Origin: a virus
Taxonomy: Duplodnaviria; Caudoviricetes
IMG/VR virus record: IMGVR_UViG_3300021255_002052
Location: 45,772 to 109,771 of that record
Strand: one strand, 5' to 3'
DNA length: 64,000 nucleotides
Shown here: positions 1 through 14,100 of the stretch, in pieces
Layout of the letters: every line of letters starts with the position of its first letter
Numbering within the stretch: position 1 is the first letter of the stretch
The notes under the pieces: model-generated
What the model was told of the DNA's origin: nothing
Databases searched by the model: none
What the model saw: only the letters and a program-made list of their open reading frames with translations
Program-made: the position numbers and the translations under genes

Positions 1-1
1 G

Positions 2-412
2 GCCTTCGCTGTGTTTAAGAAACCCGTCGATCAATGGACTCAGATAGAGGAAAACGAGAAAGCGATCAAGTCCCTGGAGGGACGTGTTGACCGCTTAGAA
101 GAACGTCTGGAGAAAGCCGTCGAGGAGTCCATCCATCACGACGAAAAGATCGAGTATTCGATTAAGCAGGTCGGAGACAAGATCGAGAAAATGAGCGAAG
201 TCGCCGGGCGGCGCACAGTCGTCTCCCTGAGATCTGAACTCTATAAACTCCATCACGATTTTATGGAGCAGGGTTACGTAACAGAATCCGGGCTCCATAC
301 CTTTATGGAGATCTATAACATTTACGAAGAAGCGGGAGGCAACGACATAGCCAAAAAGAAGCTGCTGCCTGAGGTTTAGCAGTTAGAGCTTCGGCGGGAT
401 ATGCCAGATTAA
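2..412 (+). CDS. Phage protein, holin-like family; 5'-truncated by the window; one in-frame TAG
   Basis: Coiled coil then LRSELYKLHH..GY..YNIYEEAGGN, a motif typical of holin-annotated Firmicutes phage proteins. TAG 377-379 reads on to TAA 410-412, just before the next ATG at 414. Confidence 0.55.
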
Positions 413-413
413 T

Positions 414-875
414 ATGGGTAAACGAAGTAAATACAAAGTGGACATGTCTAATTCCGCGAAGAAGAAACGCACGGTCCACGACGAGCATACCGGGAAGGAT
501 ATCACTTTTGATAGTGCCATCGAAAAAAGGTACTATGACGAAGTTGTACTCCCCGGGTTTTTATCCGGTGAAATAGTCGACTACGATCTCTAGCGGCGGT
601 ACACTCTTCTACCCTCTTTCCGGAGGGAAAACGGAGAACTTGTAAGGGCTATTACCTATATAGCTGATTACGTGCTTAAGTTCGCTGACGGGCACGAAGA
701 GATCAAAGATACGAAAGGTGCGGGTTATCTAGTCGACCCACTGGCTCGCATTAAGCGGAAATTATTTTATCACGCATTCCCAGATCTCGATCTTGAATGG
801 ATCACTTGGACTAAGGCTACGGGTTGGGTTAACTGGGATGATTTCATGAAGGAAAAGAGGAATAAAAGGACATGA
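414..875 (+). CDS. DUF1064-family PD-(D/E)XK endonuclease, 153 aa with TAG=Gln
   Basis: MGKRSKY..TFDSAIEKRYY..GEIVDYDL*RRYTL..RAITYIADY..IKDTKG. TAG 591-593 sits at the family's conserved LQ position. Confidence 0.8.
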
Positions 876-1441
876 CAGTAAAAGAATTTATAGGAAAATA
901 TCATACGGCAAAGAAGGTCCCGGGAGGGGTCGAAACTTTTCTGGAACAGAGTCTGGTGACCAGATACGTTCCTTACCTAACGAAAAAGGTTATTTGTCAG
1001 AAAATCGTTGACGCCACTTATTACGTGACGGAGAAGAATGATGACGGTGTGGTCGTTAATCGGAGATTCCGTGTAGACTCCGCGAACACCTATCTCCTGT
1101 TCATCACTAGATTGATCGCGACGTATTACGGATTAGAACTATCCGAGAATATCGCCGACGATTACGATCTATTGAATCAGGAAGGGCTGATAGCTCCGGA
1201 AGACGGAGAATCAGTGACTCTGATCACCAGCATCCCGGCAACGGAATATGCGGAGTTCAAAGCGTTGTTAGATATGGCTAAAGCTGATATCACGGCTAAC
1301 GAATATGAGCCGGGTGCGTATATCTCCAATAAGATCAACAATCTCGGACTCATTCTCGGAACTGCTATTCAACCGATTTTGGATGCGGCGGGGATCACTC
1401 CGGAGGATATCAGGACTTTATTATTGAATTCGCGTAGTTAA
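872..1441 (+). CDS. Hypothetical late protein, possible tail assembly chaperone
   Basis: 189-aa ORF with ATGA overlap and TAA stop, two genes upstream of the tape measure gene. Confidence 0.6.
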   Translation: MTVKEFIGKYHTAKKVPGGVETFLEQSLVTRYVPYLTKKVICQKIVDATYYVTEKNDDGVVVNRRFRVDSANTYLLFITRLIATYYGLELSENIADDYDLLNQEGLIAPEDGESVTLITSIPATEYAEFKALLDMAKADITANEYEPGAYISNKINNLGLILGTAIQPILDAAGITPEDIRTLLLNSRS

Positions 1442-1449
1442 ACGCAGTC

Positions 1450-1484
1450 AGGCTCCCGTGGTGTCATAGCTACGGGGGCTTTTT
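1450..1484 (+). terminator. Stem-loop plus T-tract, loop TGTCATAG
   Basis: AGGCTCCCGTGG-TGTCATAG-CTACGGGGGCTT followed by T-run, right after the stop of the upstream gene. Confidence 0.7.
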
Positions 1485-1499
1485 AAAAGGAGGGGAAAT

Positions 1500-2084
1500 A
1501 TGAATTTAGCAGGTTGGGCTGCTCGGTTAGAATAGAGAATAGAGGCGGGAAAGAAAATCGCGAACAAGAAAACAATACAGCTCGCTGCGAAAAAATCTAA
1601 GATGTTCGCAAAATATGCGGCAAAGGAGTTTTATAGTTCTTATGATCCCCTCTTTTATGGTAGAACTTATGATTTTTACAATCGACTTTTCATTATTGAA
1701 CCAAAAGAGGAAGAGATTTTTGTAAAGGCATCTTCTGCCGGTCTATGGGGGCATAGGGTATCTGGCGATTATATTTTAGAAGTTGTCGCTAATCAAGGAT
1801 ATCATGGAGGAGCCATGAGTGGTCCATCAGATTTTCACGGTAATTCGCATCCGGCACCAGGAACACCGTATTGGCGTAAACCAGCTACAGAATATGACGG
1901 TATCCCTCCATATTCCCTCTGGGGAAGACCCGCAGAGAAAACCGAGTCTCCAATAGAGATTTTTTTAAGGTATTTCCGTGCTGCTGAAAAGAGCGATTTT
2001 AGTGATTGCTGGAATAAGACTTTTTTGAAGTATGTGTATACAAAAAACTTTCAAGATTTCTTAAAGATTAAAATAGAGTTATAA
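1500..2084 (+). CDS. Hypothetical virion-associated protein, 194 aa with one TAG=Gln
   Basis: AGGAGG RBS at 1488-1493, ATG 1500 in frame with the track ORF 1602-2084, TAG 1533-1535, TAA stop. Confidence 0.7.
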
Positions 2085-2101
2085 CCGAAGGAGGTGGTCT
2101 A

Positions 2102-5100
2102 ATGAGTGAAGAAATTAGTTTAGTTAAAGGTACAATAGAGATTGATTCTTCTAAATCCGTTGAAGCTACTAATGCGGTCGTTGGTGCATTGAAGGAAATG
2201 GCGGAACAAGCTGGCCAGACAAAGAGAGCTATCTCTGATGTATTTAAAACGCTCAACAACGCAGGGAATAGAAAAGGTATTACGGGATATGCCGAGTCTA
2301 TGGAAAAGGCCTTAGAAGGTGTAGGAGAAACGGCGAAAGATGCTCAGGATCAAATAAGAACATTAAATGATTTTATGAAGACCACTTCTAAGGGTGGGAA
2401 ATTCCTAAAATCCAAAGAAGAATTAGCAGATGTTATTGCCGGTAGCCTTATGCCGCAAGCTAAAGGTTTCGCCAAAAAAGAAGACCGGTCAGGGTTTGGC
2501 CGTACAGCGGATACGCTAGCTTAGTATGTGAACGCATACGTAGCCAAAGGTGGAACTTTGGACGATTCTGATAGTGTGCTGAAAAAGGCATTAAAGAAAA
2601 ATGGTTTTGACCTTGATACTCTCATGGCGATAAGCAATGAAGGGAACGCCGGAGATAAAACAGTCGAGAATTTACAAAATATCTACGGTATTGTAGATAA
2701 ATTAGCCAGCACCAAACAGGTGGATCTAAGCGCAATTATCGATTCTAGTGCTTACCTTAAAGAGCTGCACATCATAGAGGCCGAAACTACGAGAACCATG
2801 GATAATATCATGGCAAAACTTGCAGGAAAAAGCAAAGGCCCTTCTGTCTAGAAAGATGATATCGCATCGAGCAAGACTTCATCACAGAGAAGTGCCGATA
2901 TTAAAAGATTCGCTAAGACTCTTCTGAATAGGGATATTCCTCTATCAGATGATGATAAAAAGTTGGCCGCGACATTATTAGGTGAAATTGAAGGTGAATT
3001 ACGGTCAAGTGAAAATACCGATCTACGAAATCAATTAAAGAATAAGCTTAAATTTAAAGGAAACTTCGAAGGCCCCGGGACTATGATGGACTTCTGGGAT
3101 GCATTAAGAGAAAACGCGGGTGATGGGTCTATTGATGTAGAAGAAGCCATAAAATCTATAGATGTGAAATACACTCAAAGAAAAAAATAGGCATTAGACA
3201 CGACGATCGCTAAGAAAGCTAAGAATGCCGCAGAAGAAGCTTTAAAGAGTGTTGATGGCTTAAACAAAGACCAGCTCAGATAGATGAGAGAAAAAATAAA
3301 TGGCATGCTAGATGAATCGATCGCAAAGGAAATAGAAGAAGCATACGATGAAAAAATGAAAGATTTTGAGTGGCTGACGGACGAAGAGATCCAGGACAGA
3401 TGGTTTAATGAACATACAGATGAGAGGGGAAAAGTCAAAGCTGGGCGCCGTAATGAAAGATTTGATGGCAGTAAAGGTGGCAAGAAAACGGAAAAAATTG
3501 GCGGAGATGCTGCGTATATCGATTATTTGACTAGTAGAGGAATAGATCCGTATGCCAGGGAAGGCTTTACCGGTGATCTAACAGACGAAGAAACCAACAA
3601 AAGAGCATTAGAATTGATCAAGTCAAGAAAAACGCTTAGGGGGTTAGGTGAACAAGCATCGAAAGCGTACGCTGAGCAGGAAACGGAAGCGATTGAAAAT
3701 CTTACGAATAGACTTCAAGAGGCAAACGATAAGGTAGCTGAATTAAAACAGAATGCCGCAAAAATGTTAGATGGAGATGGGACAACAGAGGAAATCAAAA
3801 ATATCATTAACGAATTAGATAATCTTAAAAGCGCTCTTGGAGAAATTTCTAAAGATGCATCAAGAGCCAAATTGACTGATCTGATCCCGGGATTTTATGA
3901 TATAGATTCAACAAAGGATGACTTGTTAGATTTAAGGTCTAACCTTAACAAAAGGTACGGAGAAGCTGAGAGAAAACAGCAGAGGGATGCTAATTTAAAG
4001 AAGGCTCGAGAAGCTTTCCAAAAAAACGCTAACATTGATCAATTCATGAAAGATGACGCATCTTTTGAAGATATCAAAAGAGCTATCAACGAAGAGAAAA
4101 CGGCAATAGAAAATCTGAAGAATCTACAGAAGCAAAATGGAAAAGAAACATGGAAATTTACTCCGGAGGAGCTCGGTGGCGATATAGATGCAAAGATAAC
4201 AGATTACACTCAAAATCTCTATACCCTAGCTGCCGCGCTAGATAAAGTTGCTACGGCCCAAGAAGAGGCTGCGGCAGAGACAGATAAAGCAGGGTCTTTC
4301 TATGGAGAAGCTAGTGATACGGTACTATCTGTAGCTGAGTAGCTTGGGGTTGCAAGGAAAGATAAGAACGGAAAACTATCTGTCGATGTTCGTGATATAG
4401 ACAGGAATAGAGGGTTTTTAGCTGGTAATGATTAGGCTGTCGCGTTTCTCGATATGCTAGAGAAATATGCGAGAAGGGATTCAGAGAAATTTGGATTCAA
4501 GGATTATACGGCAGACGACCTTAAAAAGAAAGTGTCCTCCGAAGAAAACGTTCGCGATGTACAGAATTATGTGGACGCCATCGAAAAAGGACTGGATCAA
4601 TCTTCTGAAGAATTCCAGTAGATTCAAGAAGCTTATAAACGCGCGGTCGAGAGAATTCAGAAATTTGGTGAAGGACTGTCCCATTTCAAGATCGACGATT
4701 ATTCGGACCCGAAACAAGTTCTGTCGGCTATAACGGATAAGAATCTAGGCCTCTCAGATTACGACATTGAAAAAAATAGCCTTTTAGAAAGAACACACTC
4801 GCTCGCGGAGAGAAGGAAAGATATAGGGAAAACAGCAAGTGACCAAAGTGAAGAGAATATCCGGAACAGAATAAAAGCGTATAAGGAATTGCTACCCGAA
4901 TACCAAGCGCTTCAAAAAGATCTCGACGCGTCCGAATTTAAGGACGATTTTCTTGCGCCAAAAGGCGGGATAAAAGAGTTTAAATACCTGGCCGGTGAAA
5001 TTCAAGGCTTGATGGACCTCATCAAGAGGATGGAAGCTGATCTCGAAAAAGTAACTGGTGAGAATCCGTTTAAAGATCTTACAGATGAGGTAGATAATTA

Positions 5101-8100
5101 TAAGAAGTCGCTAGAGGATGTAGCAAAAACATCGGAAACGGCACTGTCGAAAAAAACTATAGACTCTGACGGGATCAAATAGGAAATAGAAAAGATCAAT
5201 GAAGCACTAAAAGAATATGCTGAGATAAAAGAGAAAGTTGAAAAATCCGAGTCTGCTGATGCTGTAAAAGAAAGAACGGGATTTGGAGCGATTGAGGACA
5301 CCACTAAAGCCCTCGAGGATCAAAAGAAAAAGTTAGAGCAAAAGTTCGAAGTCCAACAAGAATATGAGAAGCTTCAAGCTCAAGCTCAGAAGCTAAGGAC
5401 AGATCGAAACGCTATTAGCACCACGCAGAAAGATTACACTCAGGCAGAAGACGCAGATGAGGCGATCGGAAAACTTAAAAATCTCCAGGAAGAATACGAA
5501 AAGCTTAAAGAAGCGGTTGTGGCATACCAGAAAACCAGAGCTGATGCCGGTGATATAGCGTCGGGATAGGAATTCGATCTTGGTAAAAGACTTGGTGTCG
5601 ATCAAATCGATAATATTATCAAGCAGATAGATACCAATATCGCGACACTTTAGAAACGGGCGGATAAACTACGCGGAGTAACTCCTGAACAGGAAGCCCC
5701 ATCTTCCACTGGCTCTACTTAGTCAAGAGGTGAAGAGACAAAGAGTACGGCTTCTTCTGATACAAAGGAAGAGGCTAGAGCAATGGAACCTCTCGAAAAT
5801 GAGGTTAGGGCGGTCACTCGGGCGGTAGATGAAAAGACTTAGGCCTTTGATCGTGAAGCGACGGCTGTTGGTGCAAATGTTATCAACGAAGTGGCTGACC
5901 TTGAGAAACTCCAGAAGATCCTCACCGAAATCGCGAAGACAACCGCTGATGTCACATAGTTCCCGGAGGGTTTTGTCAACCAGCTAAAAGCGATTGGTAA
6001 GATCGACATAAAAGATGGAGTTCCTGCTAAGATTGAGGAACTTGCGGAAGCACTGACCAAGCTGTCAAATTCTCTCAATAGTATCTCAGGCGAAGGTGCC
6101 GCAAATATATAGCATCTTAATACCCTAATTAATTCAGCACAGGAAGTCGGTGGAGTTGTTAGTGCTCTCGCGAAGGTAAGCGAGAAGAATAACGGTGCAT
6201 CCGCTACTAACGAAGAATAGCTGTTCAAAACATATGATCGTCTGAAATACGCTATGACTGATTACTACGCAGTAATCGATGAGGGTATAAAGAAGGGGTA
6301 TTTAGATAAGGACTTCTGGGATAAAGCGGGTGTTACAGACCCGACGGATTATGAAGTCAGTGATCAAATCCCGTCCGACCCGGGATATTATAACAGATTC
6401 GTGGCGGCAAGATCAAAAGCCCGCAAGATGAATCAAGAACTTGAAAAGAGTGTCTCCAACTATAATCAGAATGCCGAATCTCAGTACGATTATGATTCTC
6501 TGGCTAAAGGAGCGAGGGAATGGGCACGGGCAAATCAAGACGCCCTCTCTTCTATCGAAGAATTGTCTCGGGCAGAGAAAAAGAGATCAGATATTGAACG
6601 AGAACTAGTCACGAAGGCTGATCAAAATAAAAACTCTGAATATTATAAAAAGCTGACGGATGATTTAAAGGAACAAGAAGATGCTATAGAAAAAATAAAA
6701 GCAGATATTAAGTAGACTTTCGCTGATCTGGGCTCTGATGGTGGGTTTGTTGGCGGAGATGTTGATTCGTTAATTAATGAAGCTATCAGCTAGGCCGGAA
6801 CTAAGAATAAGGAAGCCGTAGCTAATACCATTGCCAAATATAAGGATGAGCTACGTGGCCAATTAGACGAACTTGTCAAAGAATACGGATTTAACAAGAA
6901 CGATAATAGAATCAAACGACTGAATACGGCCATAAGCGGAGTGACTGATCTGACCGGTCGCAACCTCGTAGAAAATCAGATCACTGACCTGATGGAAACT
7001 AAAGACAAAAAAGCTGCGACATTAAAAAGATATTCCAAGGAATATGCAGAACTTAATCGACTTCAACTAGAACAGGCGAAAACCGATTAGTCGCAGGATC
7101 CTTAGAAATTTTCCGAGGTAACCACAGCTATTCAGGCACAGCAAAAAGTCGTTGCTGAGCTAGTCAATGAATACAAAAACCTGTCCACCGTTAAGAGAGA
7201 CGCAGAACGGGAACTGGCTGCCGAGGCGAGGACTGTTCGGACAAAGCAGGGAAATGTTTCTGACGAAGTAAAAGGCTATAAGGATGAGGCGACGAAGCAG
7301 CTTGATAAGATAGCTCAAAAGCATAATATCAAAAAAGACAGTTCCGAGTATGACGCGTTAGCCAGACAGATTTCGAAAATTAAAGGGAAGACCCAACAAT
7401 CTAAGATTTTATCTAAGATAGATGATCTGGATAAAGATTATACTCGTAAAACACAGGCTAAAGATAATAAAGAGACTGTTGAGAAAAAGCTAAACGATAT
7501 TATAGAAAAGCGCAAGTTAGACAGAAATGGTATCTATAAGGGAAGAATTGAAGCTCTGGAAGCCTCCAAAACGGAGACTAAGGAAGAACTGAACGATACA
7601 TTAGATGAGATAGACAAATTCGATGCCGAAATTAAAAAGAGGCAGGATAAGGGCAAGAAAGCTCTATCTCATTACAATGAAGCTTACACTAACCAAGCAA
7701 AATTAGAAGCTCAGGCCGTCGCCACTACTCCTCTCGATGCAGGATATGACCAACTGAACAATGCGTTGGATGAGGCGAAGAATAAGACTGCTGCTCTACG
7801 CGCAGAGACTCTATCCTATGTCGACGTGATTCCTAATATCGGAAATTAGATGAAGGATGTTGAAGCTACGGCAGATGCGACTTACGACAAACAAGCCGCC
7901 ATTATGAAGCGCTATAAATCTGAAAAAGAAGCCAGAGAACAGCTTAACTATAAATACAAAACAACCGACTATGGTAATCCTAATAACACGTAGGCGAAAG
8001 CTCAGAGAGACGAACTTCAGAGGCTAGATGGGATTCTTCAGGAATTAGACAGCCGTTACGTCAGCTTGGCCGCCTCTGCCGGACAGGCAGCGACTGCTAC

Positions 8101-11100
8101 CCAACAGATGGCCGACGCGAAAGCAAGTATCGGAAAAGATAATATCAATAAGCTTCAGGGTAAAATTGACGAGTATAAAGACTCTGCGAATAAACGTCTA
8201 GCTGACACGCTCTCTTCTACCGGGATTTCAACTACCGGTGCATACAAGAATTTCATAGAGAATATTAAGGGACAGATCGGAAACATCGACTCTGCTTCTT
8301 CTCTAAAAGACGTAGTTTCGAAGATAGACAACTTTAAAACCTATATTTCTAAACGCTAGACGAAGTCCACTGGTCTGTTAGATGAATATAAATAGGCTAT
8401 GACCCTATAGTCTCAACTTCAGGCTCAATTATCCACAATGAAACCTGGAGATGCGGGATTTGACAAGATCAAGCAAGATCTAGACGACGCGACAAAGAAA
8501 ACCAGCGAATTACGTACATAGCTCGAACGTTTAGACGATGTGACGCCGGATATTAGTACGAAGCTGGATACCTTTGACAACGAGGCGAAGGCCACGGCTC
8601 AAGCTGAGAAAGAAAAAGATTTACTGGATCAGATTACTAAAGCAGAGGAAAAACGTGCGAATGCCCAGAAAAGGCTAGTATCTACCAACACGGATGCTCC
8701 GAGTAGCGCGAAGGTTTACGCAGAGGCTAATCAGGAAATTTCGACCCAAACAGAATTAATCAATAAGCTCACTGAAGCGTATATGAACCTAACGGGCGGA
8801 ACTACTGCCGCTCAAGATACCATCGCCAGAACAATAGCTGGAGCGGGCGCTGATACCAAGGCCAGTATGGCGCAGTAGATTGAACGGTATAAGTCTCAGG
8901 CGTACAATGAATTGAATAGCTCGGCTATTACCGGTTCTGATTTCACGAAAATATCTGATAACATATCTAATCTCACAGGGAAAACAGATCTAGACAAGAT
9001 TCTCCAGACAATTAAAGAACTTAATAAAGAAGCACAAAAACCGACTGAACAGCAGAATAAGCTAAAAGAATATGTGGAAGCTGTTAAGGAACAGGAAAAA
9101 GCTCAACTGCACTTGAATGCAATAAACAAAGACACAAACCCGTATGCATGGGATGCGCAAAAGAACGCTGTAGACCAACTCACACAGAAGGTGCGGGACC
9201 TCGGTGAGGAATATGTCAAACTCTCTTATAATGAGGAAGTTGCGAGGAATGCCCTAAAGTTTAACGCCGGAGAAGCGGTAGCTGAGGTTGATCGTAACTG
9301 GAGTGGTAAAACTACAGCCAATTTCCAAGACGAGACACATCAATATTTTCTTCGATTCCTATAGAAATATGGGAATATCTCAGACAAAAATCAGGATTAT
9401 CTGAATATACGTAATAGAATTAGAGGAATAATGGATGCCACATCGGCGAGTGGTGTCAGAACGGATATTGATGAATGGGCTAATCGCTTAGACCAGGAAA
9501 GAAAAGAACGAGAAGAGCTATACAGCAAATTATCTACTAAGCAATGGAAAGATTATGGGTATCTACAGGGAAAACTCGAACTTGCCGGAGGAGATACGTC
9601 GAAACTAACTTCCGACGAATTGAGCAGATACAACGAATATCTACAAGTCTTATCAAAAATCGAACAAAAGATCGGTGATATCACTAAAGGGGTGTCCGGA
9701 CTAACATTACCGGAAGGTATAACTGACGGCGAGTTTTCTAAGATAGACAAAATGCTCGACAATGCCAAGGAAATGCAGAAGTCGAAAGCATTTGAAATCA
9801 AGGTAGGGAATAACCCGGAACTTCAGGGTTATCTGCTTCAAATTAATAACCTAAGAAATGTGATCGACGGTATAGGTCCAATAGCAGATAGAGCTGAAAA
9901 TGAATTGGCGGAGCTAAATGCTCAATTCGCTAAAAAAGGCGACATGTCTGGCTTCACGGAAAGAGCGCAAGAGGTCGTATCTAACCTGAGTAAAATTCAG
10001 AGAGTGATGCCGGAAGAAACCACTAGAGAAGGTGGTGTTGCTGCGGCACGGAGCATGATCGAACAGAGAAGTGGTGGTACTGCTACCGGCTATAAGGTAG
10101 ATTATAACGGCAACACGTCTACTGTCACGGCTGAATATAGAGACCAGAACAATATGATCCGTACTCTTTCGGCCTCTTATAATGAACTTGACAGGAGTAT
10201 TAGTCTCACGCAGACAAGGGCTGTATAGGGATAGACCATAATGCAACAATTCGCCGAGGGGCTCAAGCAACGCATGATGAGCCTCGGCTAGTATCTTCTG
10301 ACTTTTGTGTCCTTCTACGATATTATTAATATGGCGAAGTAGGCGGCATCGATCGTGACAGATTTCGATACTGCTTTTACTGAGATGAGAAAAGTATCAG
10401 ACGAATCGGTTTAGTCGCTAAAGCAATTCCAGGAAGAGTCTTTCGCTATCGGAGATTCAGTTGGAACGACCGGATTACAGATCGAACAGTCCACCGCTGA
10501 ATTTATGAGACTTGGATAGGCTCTAGAAGAAGCAAAAGAATCCGCAAAGAATGCCAACATACTTTTTAACGTATCAGAATTCGATACTATAGATGAAGCT
10601 ACGGAATCCCTAATCGCGATGTCTTAGGCATTCGACGATGTGAGCCAGACTGAAATCATTGATTCGCTCAATAAAATTGGTAACGATTTCTCAATCAGCA
10701 CATCTGGACTATCAGAAGCCCTCCAAAATTCCGCATCAGCATTAAGGACATCTGGAAACGATCTAGCTGAATCCCTGGCCATCCTAACCGCTGGTAACTA
10801 GGTCGTGCAAGATCCGAATAAAGTCGGGGCTGGCGCTAGAACAATCGCTCTGCGTCTGTCTGGAACTGATCAGGCGAAAACTGAGTTGGCGGAATTGGGT
10901 GAAGAGACCGAAGGTGTCATTACTACGGTCTCAAAACTCAGAGATACAATAATGAACGCCACGAGGGTATCTTCCAATTCCTACAAAGGGTTTGATATTC
11001 TAAATGAGAATGGGAATTATAAGAGCACCTATGAAATAATCCAAGGCATTGCCGACATATGGGAAGAGATCGGTCAGAACGATATCGTGACTGGAAATAA

Positions 11101-14100
11101 TAACCAGAATCTACTCCTAGAAAAGATGGCTGGCAAGAATAGGTCGAATATTCTAGCCTCCATGCTTCAATCACCGGACGTTCTTAGAGATGCCTATGAA
11201 GAAGCTCAGGACGCAGCAGGATCAGCAGCTAAAGAGAACGAGAAATATATCGATTCAATAGAAGGAAGAACAAAAGCATTAAAGAATCAACTTCAGGAAC
11301 TAGCTACTACTACTCTCAAATCCGGTTTTCTTAAAGCCATAGTATCTGGCGGGACCGAAGCCCTGAAGATAATTACCGAACTCGAAAAAGGACTAGGCCT
11401 TCTAGGAACTGCGGCTCTTGGAGGAGGTGGGATTGGTTTTGCAAAAGCCCTAATGAAAAACATGGACGCTATAAAGAAGGGAGCTTTCGCGCAAACGTCC
11501 GCCGAATAGCTCACTACTTCTTTAAATGCTTTAGGCTCTACGTATTCTGGTTTTTCTGGTGGCGACGCTCAAGTGAAAGGGCTCGAACTCTTCACTAAGG
11601 CTAAAACAGCTATAGAAATTGGAAACATAGAATATAATACCGATCAATTACAGGCTTTTGCTAACGCGCTTAGATCTACAGCAGGAGAGGCCGGAAATGT
11701 GGCGGCAGGTCTTTTTGAAGCGGCATATGGAATTGATAAAGTTAGCCAAACTGCACAGGAAGCACAGAAACAAACTGGCGTATTATCAAATATGTTCTCA
11801 GCTTTTAAAGCAAATCCAATTCCGGGATTAATAGCGGCAGGGACATTAGCTATAACAGTTATTTCAGGAGTAGTAAAACATATATAGAAACAGAAACAAG
11901 AAGCTATATAGAGTGCTTCTGAGGGGGCATCCGAGTTTAAGAAGACATCGGATAATGTTGAAGAAAGTGTTCTTGCGTATAATTCGTTATATGAAGCTAT
12001 GGCAAGCGGGAATCAAACTGAAAAAGAAGCGGCTCAGACTAAATCAGAACTCCTATCTCTATAGCAGCAACTAGTGGAAACGTACGGAGCTCAAGCAGAA
12101 GGAATAGACCTCGTAAACGGATCATACGATGAGCAAGTTGCAAAGATTAAAGAAATAGAAGAAGCAAGCGCAAGGGCAATGCTCGCGAAAAACAAAGTGA
12201 CAGGTACGAGCGATGGTAACTTTGAAACTGCTGTTGAAGAAATGGAAAAACAGTATGGTGCTGATAATAGAAATACTTGGATGTCATTATCTCAGACGGA
12301 CGAAATCGGCTCTAAGATACTGGACGTCGCTAGTAAATACGTCGGGAAAGGTGTGGAAATAGTCGCGAATGACCTAAATCCGGATCTCAAAGATGTAGTT
12401 TTGACAGGCACAGTAAAAGATGTCAACAAAACAGCGCTAGATCTAAAAACAGCTCTGCAAGAATCTGATTTCTACGAGGATAACACTGGCAATGAGTGGA
12501 TCTCTGTGATGGAGAGAACTCTTGATGCAGTTTATGACGACACCGATGAAATTCTCAAAAACTATGAAGAAACTTATACTCAGTATTTAGAAGCTTCAAT
12601 GATTACCAGTACAAAGAGATTGTCTGCTGGTAATAAGAAAGAGAAAATCGGGGATTTCTATTACGACTACATGAAAGCGATTGCTGATTACCAGAGAGCA
12701 GTCGAAATTGGTGCAGACAACGATAAAGTCGAAGAAGCTAGAGCAAAAGTTGAAGAACTCGGGCTTGCCTGGGATGCTGTAGCCGATCAAGAAGGGTTTT
12801 CCAAATACGGAATCTTGATCGATGGACTAGAAGAATCTCTCGACAGCGCAACTATAAAAGCTTACGAATTCAAGCGTGCTCTTTCGAATCCGACAGAGAA
12901 TAGCGAAGATTTCAATAAAGCGATGAACGCTATAAGAGAAAGCGGCGCAACGAAAGATGAGCTACTCTCCTCTTATGGAACCGGAAGTTCAAAATCCGAG
13001 CATAATAAATACTACGGCATCGTTGAATCTGCCGCTCAAGCGGCTCAATAGGCTGGGTTTATAGATGAAGTTACGGAAGCAACTGTTTCTTGGCTACTAA
13101 CCCAGTTCGAAAATTCTATGCCGTCGAGTTATTCCGGAAGAGAACAGAAAGCCGCAACTTTCAGCGATTTTCTGAAAGGAACCGCCGAATCTGATTCAGA
13201 GAAGACAATAAGCGATATTGTAGACGATTACCAGAGCGCGGTATCCAGTATCGATGAAGTCAGAAACAAATTCCTGAGTGAATCGATGACTTCCTCAGAG
13301 TTTACTGACATGTTACAGACTTATCCCGAACTGGCCGAAGATGCCAAATTCATGCAGGAAGTAACGGATAACATGGATCCTTCCGGATTCATTCGCTATT
13401 CTTCCGGTATTGAAAGTGCCTTAAAGGGCCTATAGTTCGATAAGGTCAAGGAAGAAGTCAAGGATCTAAACAGTGCTATCGGTGACCAGTAGAAAGAGCT
13501 GGATCTGATGATCACGCAGGGCGCTGATCAAAAGGTGATATCTGCTCAAAGAGCTACGATCCAGAAAACCAAGGATTACCTCAAGACTCTGATCTCCACG
13601 TCTGACTTCTCCGGAATCTTAGCAGATGATATCAGATCTGTATTTTATTCTAGCACATTCGCGGCTGAGAAAGATGCAGAAGTGAGGAAAGCTAGCCAGG
13701 ATCAAGTGTTCAATCTAGCCAAAAATGGACATGCGGAAGCGGTTGCTACTCTCCTACTTGAAACCAATACTGCTACCTGGGATTATGAACGTTGGGTGGC
13801 TGAGATCGAGAGTAAGGAGATCGAACTCAAAACTCGCATAGATACGGAAGCTATCCAAGGCGCGACTTCACAAATTCAGGATGCACTCTCCAAGAATTCG
13901 AATCTTAAAGGAGTTATTGATTCGGCGACGAACCGAGAATTTAACACAGACTCCGTATTGGATCTTATCAATCAATTCCCTCTTCTGACTCAGAATACTA
14001 ACGAATGGGCGGCGATTATCGGCTCTATTGATTCTGATGGACTGGTGACAGACGTACAGGCAGTCTCTGATCTTGTTGCGGGAATGACTTTTGATAATCT

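Noticed and set aside
872-2084. Programmed -1 frameshift tail chaperone pair (lambda G/GT-like)
   Set aside because: The two genes are in different frames but are separated by a TAA, a hairpin and an independent RBS, and I saw no slippery heptamer before the first stop.
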